Positions 39,421 through 54,370 of a stretch of DNA of 64,000 bases are shown one piece after another. This DNA is from Mobula hypostoma (Eukaryota): contig NC_086097.1 in the NCBI RefSeq assembly GCF_963921235.1, positions 238,764,001 to 238,828,000 of the forward strand, read 5' to 3'. The translations under genes and the position numbers were made by a program. Under the pieces are notes generated by a model. The model did no database searches and was not told the DNA's origin. It was given only the letters and a program-made list of their open reading frames with translations. Each line of letters begins with the position of its first letter. Positions within the stretch are counted from its first letter, which is position 1.

Positions 39421-42400
39421 GTCTGCCTCCTATGACCCGGTTGACGACAAACATTGAGAAATTGACTAACTCTGTTGCATTAATAAAGCACCTTGTTAAA
39501 TGTATAAAACATGTCTGCATCAGTGTTATCTTGTATTTCCATACAATGTTACATTAGGCTGTTACGCATCAATTGTCAGAGAAGTACTTGCATAAATACG
39601 TAAACCACCTTCATACAAGCAAGGACAGAAAACAGGGCAAAGTGAGTATACTTACTTATTCAGTAAGCTATGTGTCAAAGTATTTGGGCAGTACATTTCT
39701 AACTCTTCTGGCTTCAGTCTCGTTGCCGTCTGTTCTGAAATTGTTAGGTTCTGCGAAGCGCAGAATCAAATATTGCTGTGATGATTGTACGCTCTAGTAC
39801 GTTCTAGGTCTGCCTCCTATGTACTGATTCTTCACCACTTTTGAGTTCTGGAGATGCACTACTGTCAGGAAGAAATTTCTATGCATCTTATTTTTAAATA
39901 AATGGCTAACTACTTTGTAACTATGTTCCATTGTTTGTGAAAGATTTTAACATTAATCCCGTCAAGTGCCCTTAGGGTCTCATATGTTTGAATACTGTCA
40001 CCCCTCGTTGGAATGCAAATCCAACTTGACTAACCACTCTTGACAGGCAACTCTCTCATCCCATAAATTAGGCTGATGAATCTCCTTTGGAATACTTACA
40101 ATGCTACAATGTATTTATTTTGGAGGACCAAAACTGTACATCATCGATACATTCATTTTCACCGATACCACATACATCCTCACCGTTCTTAAACTCCAAC
40201 CCCTTCAAGGTAAAAATCAAAATAGAATTTGCCTTCTTACTTAACTATTTGCTGGACCTGTCTGGTAACATTTCGTGATTCAGACTCAAATTTGTACATT
40301 TATCACACGTATATTAAATTGTACAGTGAAATGCATCATTTGCATTAACAACCAACACACTGAAAGTTGTGCTGGGGGCAGCTCGTTAAGTATCTCATCA
40401 CATTCTGGCACCAACAATGCATGAGCACAATGGTTGCCAGAACAACGCAGAACACAAAAAAGCAGAAAAGAAAAGAACAACAAAGCAAGCCCTTCCCCCC
40501 CCGCCACCCAACCATACACACGGACAGTCCACCAACCATCGACCTCTGGGACCCAAGTCTCCACCCATCGGGCTTCGACTTCTGAACTTCGAATCAGCCT
40601 TTAGACGTTGATATTTGGTATCAGCCCCTGGACTAGCCAATGACAGGACCTCAAACTACAGGTCCATTGTGTCACCAGCCCTCGTGCCTCCTACTTGCGT
40701 TGACATCCAACCCCAGGATGCACTGACCTGGGACAGGCCAACATCCACTGATTCATGTATTCAGACACCACTTCTGCTGCCTCTCTCCAGTTCTCACATT
40801 GAACAGTGTAACACAAGAGCTGGTCCTTCAGCCAACCAAGATGCCAATCCAAATTAATCCCATCTAGTGGCACATTATATGCTGTATCTCCCTTAATTCC
40901 CTGTCTATTCAAGTGCCTGCCTAAATGTCTCTTAAATGCCACTTCTACATCTGTTTCTACTACTTCCCCGCCTGCACATTCCAGGTACTTACCATTCTCT
41001 GTTTGAAAAGTTGTCTCGCAAATCTCTTTTAAACTTTGACTCTTCCTCCTCACCTTAAAGTTATGCCCTCTAGTTTTTGACATTTTCACTCTGGGGGAAA
41101 AAAAAGACTCTTCGATATCTGTCCTTCATGGTAGCATAATGCTTTCCACGGCCTATATCTAACTTAGTGGAAGAAGAGGGTCAGACATGAATGGCTTTCT
41201 CCCTTCTTTTATATTACCATTAAATCCAAGAACATTAGACTGTTAGACGAGGGAACCAGTGTGGGTAACTTCAGTCACCTTCACTCTGATCTGATGGCAT
41301 AATCTATGGACTAACTTTCAAGATTTACAACTGAAGACCACAGTTTTATTTACTTATTTATTTAGTGGTTACAGTGTGGAAAAAGTCCTTCCAGCCCTTT
41401 GAGCCACACCGGCCAGCAATCTCATGATTTAATCCTAGCCTAATCACCAAACAATTTACAATGACCAATAAACCTCCGAACTGGTACGTCCTTGGACTAT
41501 GGGAGGAAACTGGAGCACCCGGAGGAAACCCATGTGATCACGTGGAGAACATACTAACTCCTTATAGATAGTGGTGGGAATTGAACCTAGGTCGCCTGTA
41601 CTGTTAAGCACTGTGCTAACCACTACACTACCGTGACGCTGTAAGTGTATGTATGTATTTATTTATTATTTTAGTTGCAGTTTATTTTCTTTTGCACATC
41701 AGTTGTTTGCCAGACTTTTTATGTCGTTTTTCCTCCATTGATTCTGTTGTATTTCTTTGTTCTACTGGCAAGAAAATTAATCCCAAGGTTGTATATGGTG
41801 ATATATATGGTACATACTTCGATAATAGATTTAATTTAAACTTTGAAATTTGAATTGAACCCTAAATAAATATCTTGGTGATAAAATGTACAAAAGATAT
41901 ACTCAGACAACTTTCAGCAAACAATATTTCACAGACAACAAAGCAAAAGAGATTAAATATTTTGGTATACAGTTTTGATACAGTACATGATAATTAAGAC
42001 AGAAAATGTAATGTGAACATTATCTGAATTTCACTATTTGCTGTCAGCTATTTTTCCTATTCATAAACCATAATTTCAATAGTTAATGAATTTACAACTT
42101 ATTTTCCAAAAATATGGACATTCATTGGAATACATAAGGCTAAAAAAGATTGTGCGTTATGAAACTTAGCATCTGTGTAACCTTTAAAATATAGTTGCAC
42201 AATACCCTGATGTGGTGACTCAATGCCAGGGAATGAGAATGAATGAACATCTAGGTCTCATTGTGTTCAGCATGGTACTTTCCTGTGGTTGCATAATCTT
42301 CTTAGTTACTTTGTCCTGAAGAAGCATGTGAATGTTGTTTACTGCGAGAGAGAGAATGACACTGACACCAACAGGCACTTTCTCAGCTGCTGATCTGCTA

Positions 42401-44069
42401 TTTATGAGGGAATACATGAGAGATAATGAAGAATAAGGGGCAATTACAATACAACATGTGGAATATTGAAAGTCATCTCAGATATATAGCGGGAGCATTT
42501 CAGACTTGAACGCACAACCTCAGAATTGAAGGACACCTCATTAAAACAGAGATGTGGAGGAATTTCTTTAGCCAGAAAGCGGTGAATCTATGCAATTTTT
42601 TTGCCACAGATGGCTGTGGAAGCCAAGTTATTGGGTATATGTAAAGCGGAGGTTGATAGGTTCCAGATTCTTTATTATTGTCAAATGCTGTTTTTAGATG
42701 CATACCGCACCCTGAGAAAAACACCACAGCAAATTCCTAATGGGCGGAGTTGAATGCCTGAGCATGAAGTGGAGGTTGATAGGTTTTTGATTAGTAAAGG
42801 CATCAAAGTTTACAGGGAGAAGGCAGTTGAAAGGATTGAGAGGATAAGAAATCGGACATGATAGAATAGTGGAGCAGCCTCAACAGGCTGAGTTGCCTCA
42901 TTGTCCTTCTTTGTCTTATGGTCTTATAGCAACGTAACCCTACAAATATCATATTAAGACAATGTTCAAACAAAGAAACTGGAATCTTTTCTAAAAATAA
43001 GCTTTTCAATTTCAATATATAGCTGTGCAGAACAACAGAAAATTTGAACCAATTTTTGTACTGATACATCAGCCAGTTCCATTACCTCACAAGCAAAAGA
43101 AATCCTGCAGATGCTGGAAATTCAAGCAACACACACACAAAATGCTGGAGGAACATGGCGGGCCAGGTAGCATTTATGGAAATGGATAAACAGTCAATGT
43201 TTTGGGTTGAGACCCTTCATCAGGTGTGGAGAAAAAAGATGAGAAGTCAGAAAGAAGGTGGGGGGAGGTGAGGAAGGTAGTAGGTGATAGGTGAAACTTG
43301 GGGGGGGGTGGAGAGATAAAGTAAAGAGCTGGGAAGTCGATTGGTGAAAGAGATAAGGGCTGGAGAAGGGGGAATCTGATAGGAGAGGACAGACAGCCGA
43401 AAGGGAAGTGGGAGGAGCACCAGAGGGTGGTGATGGGCAGCTAAGGAGATAAGGTGAGAGAGTGAAACGGGAAAGGTGAAGGAGGGTAGGAGGGCCATTG
43501 CTGGAAGTTGGAGAAATCGATATTCATGCCATCATCGACAACCTTGTATTACTTCCTCCTCTCCTCTCACCTTCTTATTCTGACTTGTCATCTTTTTTCC
43601 CCCAGTCCTGATGAAGCGCCTCGGCCTGAATTGGTGATTGTTTATTCTTCTCCATAGATGCTGCCTGACCTGCTGAGTTCCTCCAGCATTTTGTGTTTTT
43701 ACTTCTGTTACTGCAACTGCAACATTTTCACTGACACTTCTGAAACCATTAAATTACCCGTTAGAGAAGAGATGCCTGGCACACAGACAAGAAGCAATGA
43801 GCACTAACTCGCACAATCATCATTTTGTGTAAAAACTCTTTGCAGAACCACACAAACATTGAATCTGTAATACTTAATGGAGTTGTAAACGACTGAAATC
43901 TATGGAGCTGGTCAAGAAGGATTGATGAAACGTTACTATAGTCTGTACTCACACAGAGTTTTTGCATTTGGTGAAAATGTATTCATGACGATGGCAACAC
44001 CAGGATGTAGACAGAAGGCCATCAATTGTTTAAAAAAGCCAACAACCTTAAAAAATAGTGTCACAGGTA

Positions 44070-44489
44070 CAGTTGAAGTCAGAAGTTTACATACACCTTA
44101 GCCAAATACATTTAAGCTCAGTTTTTCACAATTTTTGACATTTAATCCTAGAAAACATTCTCTGTCTTAGGTCAGTTAGGATCACTAGTTTATTTTAAGA
44201 ATGTGAAATGTCAGAATAATAGTAGAGAGAATGATTTATTTCAGCTTTTATTTCTTTCATCGCATTCCCAGTGCATCAGAAGTTTACATACATTTTGTTA
44301 GTATTTGATAGCATTGCCTCTAAATTGTTTAACTTGGGTTAAACATTTTAGGTAGCCTTCCACAAGCTCCTCACAGTAAGTTGCTGGAATTTTGTTCCAT
44401 TCCTCCGGACAGAACTGGAGTAACTGAATCAGGTTTATAGGCCTCCTTGCTCGCACACGCTTTTTCAGTTCTGCCCACAAATTTTCTAT
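44070..44489 (-). mobile_element. Sleeping Beauty/Tss1-like Tc1 transposon right end (IR/DR plus transposase C-terminus)
   Basis: TA|CAGTTGAAGTCAGAAGTTTACATACAC outer DR, and inner DR TCAGAAGTTTACATACA ending at 44292. Protein IENLWAELKKRVRARRPINL...LTQVKQFRGNAIKY*. Confidence 0.9.
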
Positions 44490-44490
44490 C

Positions 44491-45240
44491 TGTAGATAGG
44501 GTTGGCCTTCATAAATCAATAGTATTGAGTACAGGATTTGGGATAGCATGCAGAAGTTGTATAAAAAGTTGGTGAGGCTCAATTTCGAGTGTTGTGTGCA
44601 GTTCTGGTCACCTATCTACAGGAAGAATATCAATAAGATCGAAAGAGTCCAGCAAAATAATTACAAGGTCTTGGCACGGTCTTGAGGACCTGAGTTTAAA
44701 GGGAATGTTTCAATAGGTTAGGACTTTATTTCCTGGAGTGTCGGAGAATGAGGAGAAATTTGATACAAAATTATGAAGATTATGGATAAGGTAAATACAA
44801 GCATTCAGGGCTAACAATCCTGACTGGTAAAGCAAAATTGTTACAGAAACTCCAACAAAGGATCCTTCTGCATTTGAGTGCAATGGCATTCCCAAGTCTC
44901 AGAATTCCTTTGTATTCCTGGGACTTGCATGACTGACAGAAGTGAAAACTGAGAGGAAGCTACAGACATGATGAAGGAAGCCCTGCACACAGCCAGAGAT
45001 GGAGAATCTTCATGACTGCCCTAAATGCCAGCAGAGTAACAGGCAGTAAGTAAGTAAATGCAAGGATGCTTTTACCACTGAGGTTGGGTGAGACTGGAAC
45101 TAGAGGTCATGGGTTAAGGTTGAAGGTGAACTGTTTAGGGTGAATGTGAGGGAGAACTTCACTCAGAGGGTGGTGAGATTGTTGAACAAGCTGCCAGTAG
45201 AAGTGGTGGATGTGGGCTTGATTACAATATTTAAGAGAAG
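44491..45240 (+). mobile_element. CR1 fragment interrupted by an RTE-like 3' end (~44805-45053)
   Basis: CR1 motif KLVRLNFECCVQFWSP. The insert ends in (TAAG)n and is flanked by GTAAATACAAG / GTAAATGCAAG. Confidence 0.6.
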
Positions 45241-46539
45241 CGTATGCTCGGCTAGAAGCCTGAGAAGCTTGTAGGATTATTTTAGGAACTCTAGCTCTGT
45301 CTCCCATTGGCCCTTCTCCTGTCAGTAGAAACTGTTCCATTGTGCTTAATAGCTAAGTCACATGTGATGGCCAGGAAATGGACTTGATTGTCAGAGGCTA
45401 TTTGAGATGCACGCTGTTGGGAGCATTAAATCGGTAGTGGGAGCTTATCCGCACTACCTCCCCTATCCATGACAAACTTAAGAGTATAGCACAAATACTA
45501 TGTTTCACTTATTCTGGAGAGAAACTATACTCCTATCTCTTATAGTTATTGGCCAGAGATTCCCAGGACCTTCTACTTTTGTTTCCATTTCTCCAGGTAA
45601 TAAACTATTTTTCTCATGTATTAGGGAAAGTTTGAATCGATCAGGACTTCATTTCCCGGAGCACAGAAGAATGAGGGAGAACTTCATGGAACTACACAAA
45701 ATTATGGATAGGATAAATACAGGCAAACATTTTGCCCTCAGGTTGGTTAACATGATCCACAGGTCATAGGTTAAGGGTAAAAGGTGAAATATTTAGGGGG
45801 AACTTCTTCACTCAGAGGGTGTGTGAGTCTGAAAAGAGCTGCCAGTAAGTGGTGGATGTGATTTTGTTTGCAACACTGAAGGAAAATTTGGATAGGAACA
45901 TGAATGGAAAGGGTTTGGAGGATAGTGGTACAAGTTTGGATAGGTGGGACTAGGAAGAAAAATGGGTGAGCACAGATTAGATGGACTGGAGGGTCTGCAT
46001 CTGTACTGTAATGCTCTATGACTATCTGTGATACCTACATCCCAGCTTTTTCTGAATTATTCACCAGGATTCATGAGTCCCTTTGCATTTCAGAGCCCTG
46101 TAATCTCTCATCTTTGAGATACTACGCTCTCTGCATTTTCTTGCCAAATTAAGTGTATTTTCCCACATTATACTACAAAGCCAAATTTTTGTCTACACGC
46201 TTAAGCTATTAACATCTATCCATATGAACTCTTCACAGCAAAATTTTCTACCCACCCACCCGTCTTTCCTTTCATGTCCACTATTTCTTTAGCCTCTTAA
46301 GACTGCACAATATTCTAATGCATTTACAACAGAAAGAAACTGAATTAATCATTATTAAAATCTATAATTACAACATCAGAAGGTAAGCACAAAGCAGTGA
46401 TTTAGTACCTGGCTGACCACAGTTAGGGACAAGTACCAGATTAAGATTCCAAAAGCAAGTTCAAGCAAGTAATGGAAAGTTGGAACTGTTCTAAGGATGT
46501 GAATTACCCAGCTCATTTCATTTTGAATATAACTAGACT

Positions 46540-47090
46540 CATGGAGTCATAGAAAAGAAGAGCAGAGAAGTAGGACCTTTGGCTCATCTAGTCTATGCCA
46601 AACCATTTAACTACCTACTCCCATCAATCTGCACTGGAATCCCTACCCCTCCATACACCTACAATCCATGTACCTATCCAAACTTCCCTTAAACGTTGGA
46701 ATGGAGCTTGCATGCACCACTTGCACTGACGTCTTGTTTCACAGATTCACAACCTTCTGAGTGAAGAAGTTTCCTCTTATGTTTCCCTTAAATTTTTCAC
46801 CTTTCACCCTTAATGCATGACTTCGCGTTGAGGTCCCACCCAACCTCAGTGGAAAAAGTCTGCTGGCATTAACCCTATCTATATCCCCCTCTTAATGTCG
46901 TATGTTTCTTTCAAATCTCCTCTCAGTCTTCTATGTTCTAAGGAATAAAGTCCTAGCCTATTCACCTGCCCCCTATAACTCAGGTCCTCCAGTCCTAGCA
47001 AAATCCTTGTAAATTTTCTCTGGACTCTTTCAAGCTCCACACAGTACTCCAAATTAGGCTCCCCCATGCCCTGTAAAACTTCAATATAAC
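46540..47090 (-). mobile_element. Degenerate CR1 3' fragment
   Basis: PNLEYCV..ERVQRKFTR..LGLYSLE motifs. Confidence 0.75.
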
Positions 47091-50029
47091 ATCCAATCTC
47101 CCAAACTTCTGTTAATGTATTTTCCCTGCTAACAAATTTAATTTACAAGTACTGCATATTATGGCAAATGTAAACGATCCTTTTGAATATGCGCTCGGTA
47201 TCTTTTTTGTTCTGTTGAATAATTTTATCCATTGAGACAAAATTTTTTTAGCAATTTGTTCAATTTGTAATTACTTTGATAGAAATAAACCTTCACACAC
47301 ATTCACAAGCACTGTGTTCCATTCATCCAACTATAGATCTGTTAAGCAAAACAAGAAGTGGTAAGAATAGTTCTTGGCAATAGTTCTTGGCAACATTGAT
47401 GCTGCATTGGTTGAATCATGGCTTGGTATGGAAACACCAATACCCAGGAATGGAAAAGCCCATAGCATGTGGTGGATACAACCCAGGAAAAGCTTTCCTC
47501 ACCATTGAGCACATTTAGAAAGTGGCGAACTTCATCAAAAATCCCCGCTACCACCATCAGACAGGACATACAGGAGGGGAGGTCCCACACCACCAGGTTC
47601 AGGAACAGTGACCATCAGGCTCTTGAACCAGCTTGGATAACTTATTTCATCTCAATGCCGAAATGATTCCACAACCCATAGACTTACTTTGAAGGTTTCT
47701 ACAAACCATGTTCTCAGTATTATTTATTTATTTTATTATTTGCATGATTTATCTTCTTTTCACATTGGTTGCTTGTCAATCATTGGTTATTCATAAATTA
47801 TATTGTATTTCTTTATTTTCCTGTCAACGCATGGAAGAAAATGAATCTTAAGGCAGTATATGTTGCTATAGGTACTTTGATAATAAATTTACTTTGACTT
47901 TCATGAATTAAGCACTGTTGACCTAACTTTAAATTGTGGGTTGTCTGACAATGACTTCTTGCTAGGAGCCAATTTGCCTGCGCTCTGTAATGGATATTCG
48001 CATTCCAGCTCCCAAAGGGCTTCTTGCTAACCTCAGCTTTTCAGCAAAGCAGCGTGACCTTTCCAAGGGTCAAGACCTTATTTAGTAAGTTAAACTTCTA
48101 ACCAATGCTCCTCGCTCAGCCTCTTGAGCACAGAAACAATATGATCCACGTTGGCCTAATTAAACATTGCATCCACCCGACCTGATAAATGTAGCTGTGA
48201 AACATCACACACAGGTGATGTCAACTCTCAGAAAAACAGTACAAATATTAGAAAGCAGCCAAGATGTTAGGAATGACCAAACTAAGGTTGACAGAAAGAT
48301 GGACTCAAATTTATTCCTCAGCCTTCAGTTTCTGCAGTGAAAGACTTGTTGGCATGTCTTTCTAACTTGTAAAAATTATCACTGTGCTTGTAAATGCCTT
48401 ATAAGTCCAAGAATATTTCATCAAAATTAAATGTGTCTTACTAAACTAAAATAAAATTTAAACTGCTTCATTAGCTGGAAGTATCTCCTTCCTGAATGGA
48501 GTGGGGACTCACTGCAGCTATCTTTCCATACAGACAGAAGTAATGAGGTCAGCTAGTCCTTAACGAGTAGGGTGATACAGTTTAATTACCCTAAAGTGAG
48601 GATGCTTATCAGATAGGGCTTAAAGTCTGAAGTTTAGAGCTCACAGACAGTGCACTCAATGTCATTTAAACCCCTATGTTAAAAATGAGGGTTATAATCA
48701 ATGACTAAACGGCTGAAATCACTTACCACTTAAGTGAAAAGGTGATTAAGATTGACAAAAATCAAACTTACAAAATAAAGTGAAAATTAGTGAAATAGTG
48801 AAAAGAAAAATGCCAATAGTTACAAAATAATATCTGCAAGAAAACACAATAACTTAAAACTATGTACTTGTTCTTGTCCAGTGCGAACTCTTGGCAGCTC
48901 CTATCTCTCTCTCTCATAATGAGGGCGATGGGCTCCTTTTATTAGGCACTAGGACATATCGTCTTTAATTACCAATTTTAATTTAAGTTGATACACGAAT
49001 TAGAATGTGATGCACCCCATGATGTATTTGCAATCATATAACAAAATAAAGAGAAGTATCTACCTTAAATGCAGTATACAAACAATATATACATGTTTAC
49101 ACATCCCCATTACTAAATAAATGGAATATCATGTCATGTCTGGTGGGAAAGACACCATAAAACCAACCAGAATGCATCAGCTCAGTTTGAGCCCCAACAG
49201 ACACTATGGGACTTCTGGGAAATGACACAGTGAAACAGCAGAACACTCAACACAACCTCACACTTACAGGTAACTGCAAATAAAGAATTAAGTTACTCTA
49301 AACTAAACTTTGTTGTCTGACTCTAAATGTATGTAGCAATGCAGAGAAAAACAGTGGGTTAATTTTATAAGAATATACCGGGGAAGACATTGAAGTGAAT
49401 ACATTCACCACAACGACAGCAGAAAACTGAAAAGGCAATGTTTGTGTGTAAGGAATGTGTTTACTAAGTGCTCTCCATCACACCCCACTTGGTGTGTTAA
49501 ATAGGAGTTACATTTTACCCAAATACCAATTTGCTTGTCACAAAAAAAGACTATTTACAGCAAGCTTGTTTAAAAATGAGTATGATGGTACAAAAATTAT
49601 TAACACAAGAGATTATGCAGATGCTGAAAATATTTAGCAACACACATAAAATTCTGGAGGAACACAGCAGGTCAAGGCCTACAGAAGGGAACAAACCACC
49701 TATGCTCAGGCCAGACCTCAAGTTCCTCTAGCATTTTGTGTATGCAGTATCATGTTGCAGGTAGCTACTGCATCATATGAAAAAAACTGACTTATAGGAA
49801 GTAAGCAACACACACACAAAAAGCTGGAGAAACTCAGCAGGCCAGGCAGCATCTATGGAAAAGAGTAAACAGTTGACATTTCAGGACAAAACCCTTCATC
49901 AGGACCTGGTCTTGGACCATGATTGCCCATGTCATACGATATGGCACATAATGATGATGATTTTAATTTTGACAAATAATGCTTGGCGTGAACCTAAAAC
50001 TTACAAAGAATTTCCAAACACGGTACAAT

Positions 50030-50557
50030 TTTGTTTGCTCTGTCCGCCAGAACAAGCAGGATCTCCCGATCACCACCCATTTTAATTCCACTTCCCATTC
50101 TGATATGTCCATCCATGGCCTGGATGAGGCCACACTTAGGTTGGAGGAACAACACCTTATATTCCATTAAGGTAGCCACCAACCTGATGGCATCAGCATC
50201 GATTTCTCAGACTTTGAATAATGGCCCCCACCCCGCCTTCACCATCCCACCCTCTCTCTCCCTCTTTTCCCTCTCTCACCTTATCTCCTTTCCTACACAA
50301 TGCCTCTCTCTGGTGCTCCTCCCCGCACTTCCTTTCTTCCATGTCCTTCTGTCTCTTTCACCAAGCAACTTCCCATCTTTTTACTTCATTCCACCCCCTC
50401 CAGGTTTCACCTATCACCTGGTGTTTCTCTCCCCCCCACCACCTTTTAAATCTACTCCTCAGCTTTTTTTCTCCAGTCCCGCCGAAGGGGTTACGTCCAA
50501 ACTGTCAACTATACCTTTTTTCCATAGACGCTGCCTGACCTGCTGAGTTCCTCCAGC

Positions 50558-50560
<3 letters not shown>
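50030..50560 (+). mobile_element. Penelope-like 3' fragment
   Basis: SVRQNKQDLPITTHFNS..EATLRLEEQHLIF followed by the family 3' terminus. Confidence 0.8.

Positions 50561-50593
<33 letters not shown>
50561..50593. repeat. (GT)n microsatellite expanded from the Penelope terminus
   Basis: ~16 GT units directly continuing ...ctccagcatt, where other copies have a short tgtgtgt. Confidence 0.9.
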
Positions 50594-50596
<3 letters not shown>

Positions 50597-51839
50597 TTTT
50601 TTTTTACAGTTACGGGGAAAATTTGTTTGAGTTTTGAGTTGGCTTTGAAGCTTGAGCAAGAGTTGGCATCACCACCGTCCCTCCAGAGAATTAGCAACCC
50701 ACATCTCAAATGGATGAACCTATCAAAGCCAGACAGACATAAGGAATCTAGCAGATATTTCAGGCAACCCATGAGTAAATCTTTAATGCATTGGTTTTGA
50801 ATTAGGAAGAAGTTGCTTCTGAGAAGTATGACTGGATTCAGAACAATTCCAGAGTAGTTCAGCTGTACAGGGAAGGAGGGAACAAAATGATTAATGTCAA
50901 TTCTATTTTTAGGAATACAGACAGGCATTTCTGAAGTCATAGAAATATGTTCAGGATGATCCTTTGCCTTCTGGTGTCAGAATCAAGGATATCTTTGAAC
51001 AATTGCAAAACAAACATCAGAGGAGTACTGTAAGTCCTGGACTATATGAGTGCTAGAAGCAGAGAGTAACAAAAAAAACATGACGCTCTGTTGGCAGGTA
51101 TTAAGTTACAATAAAAGATATCACGTTTCATATTCTCTGCATTGCAGTTTTCCAGTAGGTGCAAACATTTTGAAATGTACAACAGTATTTTGCACATAAA
51201 TATTCATATAGAATGCAAATATTTCCTAAAATGAGGCAAGTATGTAGGCATTTGACGATATTCCACAAGCAAGTGAAGAAAGCATTTTTTTAAAAAATGT
51301 ACGCGTAAAAAAATTGTGATTAAGTTTTACACAGGGCATGCCCCCTTTCTGCAAATTTCATGCTTTTTGATGACTGGCGAGGCATCTTGCACAACCACAA
51401 GAGCTACAAAGATTGAAATCCATTAAAGCCTCAATCTTCTTGAGCTCATCGTAGTCATAGTCATACTTTATTGATCCCGGGGGAAATTGGTTTTTGTTAC
51501 AGTTGCACCATAAATAATAGAATCTGCAAGATTCTACCTTAGGATGAAGCAGCATTAAAATTAACTCATATATTCTTACGTGGAACTTATCTAAACGAAT
51601 GAGGAGCACATCAGTAATAATTTCTTCTCTTGTTACAGTTGCTTGACTTTTGCAGAACTATTTCAAGAAAGTCAAAGTCTTGAATAGTTTTGTTTCCCCT
51701 TAGATTCTTAGATCAATAATACATACAGGTATAAACGTTTCCAATCTTACTCAGATGAGATGCATTCCCAACATCACAGGATTAAGAGAAAAATTTCTAA
51801 TTTGTTTACAAAATGATGGATCTCTGATATCATTGCAAA

Positions 51840-53120
51840 GTGCTTTGAGAGACTGGTTCTATCACATCTGAAATCCTGTCTGCCCACTACCCTGGACTCC
51901 CATCAATTCGCCTATTGCAACAACAGGTCTACAGAGGATGCCATCTCCACGGCACTTCACTCTGCCGTGACCCACCTGGCCAGCCCCAACTCTTACATCA
52001 GAATGCTGTTCATTGACTTTACTTCGGCATTCAATACTGTGATCCCCTCCAAGCTGATCGCCAAACTTCGCCAGCTTGGTATCAGCTCATCCCTCTGCAA
52101 CTGGACCTTGGACTTTCCCAATCTGGTAAGTTAGACAACCTCTCCTCCTCCACTCTCACCCTGAACACCAGCGTGCCTCAAGGCTGTGTGCTGAGCCCTC
52201 TTCTGTACTCCCTTTTCAGCTATGACTGCATTCCTGTACATGGTTCTAACTCCATAATCAAGTTCGCAGACGACACCACGGTGATGGCCTGTTCAGAGGG
52301 GATGATGATACAGCCTACAGGGATGAGGTCCAGCACCTGACCACGTGGTGTGCCCATAACACCCAGAAGACCAAGGAGATTATTGTGGGCTTCAGACATG
52401 CTAGGAGCCACACTCATGTCCCCATCTCCATCAACGGAGCTGTAGTGAAGCATGTATCAAGCTTCAAATTCCTTGGTGTCCACATTTCTGAGGATCTCAC
52501 CTGGTCCCTGAACTCCTCCATCCTGATCAAAAAGGCACAACAGCACCTTTATTTCCTGCGGAGCATCAAAAAAGCTCACCTCTGTCCCAGGATACTGACA
52601 GACTTTTACCGCTGTACCATTGAGAGCATACTCACCAACTGCATCTCAGTGAGGTATGGCAATTGTCCCGTATCGGACTGCGTGTGGTGAAAATTGCCCA
52701 GCGGATTATCGGCACCCAATTGCCCACCATTGAGAACATCTACCATAAACGCTGCCTGGGCAGGGCAAAAAGCATTATCAAGGATGCATCTCACCCTAAC
52801 CATGGACTTTTTACTCTCCTCCCATCCGGTAGGTGCTACTGGAGCCTCCACTCCCACACCAGCAGGCACAGGAAGAGCTTCTTCCATGAGGCTGTGACCC
52901 TGCTGAACCTCACATCACAGAGCTAAGCAGTATTGCACCCATATTGTACTGTCTCAGTACTTTTATATTTGTGTGCTGCAGCACTTACTTTTTATTTGCA
53001 GTTATTTTGTAAATAACACTATTCTTTGCATTTCTGATTAGATGCTAACTGCATTTCATTGGCTTTGTATCTGTATTCAGCACAATGACAAAGTTGAATC
53101 TAATCAAAACCTAATCTAAC
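51840..53120 (+). mobile_element. Rex1/Babar LINE, 5'-truncated
   Basis: [42 protein letters not shown] and KAQQHLYFLR motifs, with an (AATCT)n tail. Confidence 0.9.
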
Positions 53121-53917
53121 ATGATTGTTGTAGTAGTAGTAGTTTATATTCTGCATCAAAATATGTTCATGTAGCAAGACAATTTCCATTTATTTTATTC
53201 GCATGATCAACAAAAAGTCACTACAAGATGAATTCATAATGGCAGTACAGCAGTGGAAACAGCAAGCAGTTTAAAACTTCTGGGAGTGCTCATCTTGCAC
53301 AACCTCAATGGTCCCAGAACACATGCTACATATAAGAAAGCTCGCCAATGCTCCTACTTACTGATGAGGCTGAAAGGAGCTGGCCAATGGACATTGTTGG
53401 GAATGGTTGTTTTTTTATAGACTTTTGATAAGATATTAGTTTAATTAATGCAAGACCAAAATTGTGGTTCTAATCATGTCAGGTAAAATAAACGATAACA
53501 TTTACAAAGTATTTTTAACAATGTGTATCATTATCAAACTCATATTTTTCACAGTATCACACATAAAAGTTGCTGGTGAATGCAACAGGCTAGGCAGCAT
53601 CCCGGACTCCAGCAACGACCATGGATCCCTTCTACACCTTTTTCACAGTATGCAGTGGTTCGTTCCCACTTACTGGAAGAAGGCAGAATAGCAGTTACAA
53701 ATACCTTTTCATTTTTAATTGGCTAAGTATTAGCGCATTATACACATGTAATAATTGTTTTACTTATGTAGCCTATTAACTGTGTTGTTTCTATCTGAAG
53801 AATTTTTTGCTATCTCAAGTATAAAGGCGAAAGATTTTTCAAAGGCTCCACCTTTTTCGCTGCCTTCTTTTCATTAAATCATTTGAATCTCTGCTTTGTT
53901 TCTCAGCTCCTCACTTA

Positions 53918-54370
53918 AGGCTGATTTATACTTGTGCGTCAAATGTACGCCATAGCTACCACGTACCCTACGCCGTAGGGTGACGTGCACCTCCCCAAAA
54001 ATGGTACTCATACGTCACGGCAACGCAGACCGCAGCAACTGTGATTGGTCTGCTTGGTAGCATCACATTTTCCGTTGCTTTTCTCCGCCATGTCTGTACA
54101 CTGATGCAAAATAAATGGTTGAAGACGATGAACCAAATCGTCAAACCTACCTGCCGACATCCGAAAATATTTGAAATGCTTTTCCTCGTCCATGTCTCTC
54201 ACGATGAAACTCAACACAGTGGCATAGAAACCCCACCACCAACTAGCGTTTTGGTGGTGAATTGCAGAGTGATGCAGACACAACTACGCATGCTCGCTAC
54301 GGCGTAGGGCTATGCAAAAGTTTAAATCAGGCCTACGGCATAGCCCATACACACAAGTATAAATCAGCCT
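53918..54370 (-). mobile_element. PIF/Harbinger internal-deletion derivative
   Basis: Perfect 19-bp TIRs AGGCTGATTTATACTTGTG / CACAAGTATAAATCAGCCT with TTA on both sides (53915-17, 54371-73). Transposase remnant [21 protein letters not shown]. Confidence 0.88.

Noticed and set aside
39650..39860. Possible next CSMD3 (sushi) exon near a minus-strand GTAAG
   Set aside because: No CGNPG or WDFP-like translation was found.
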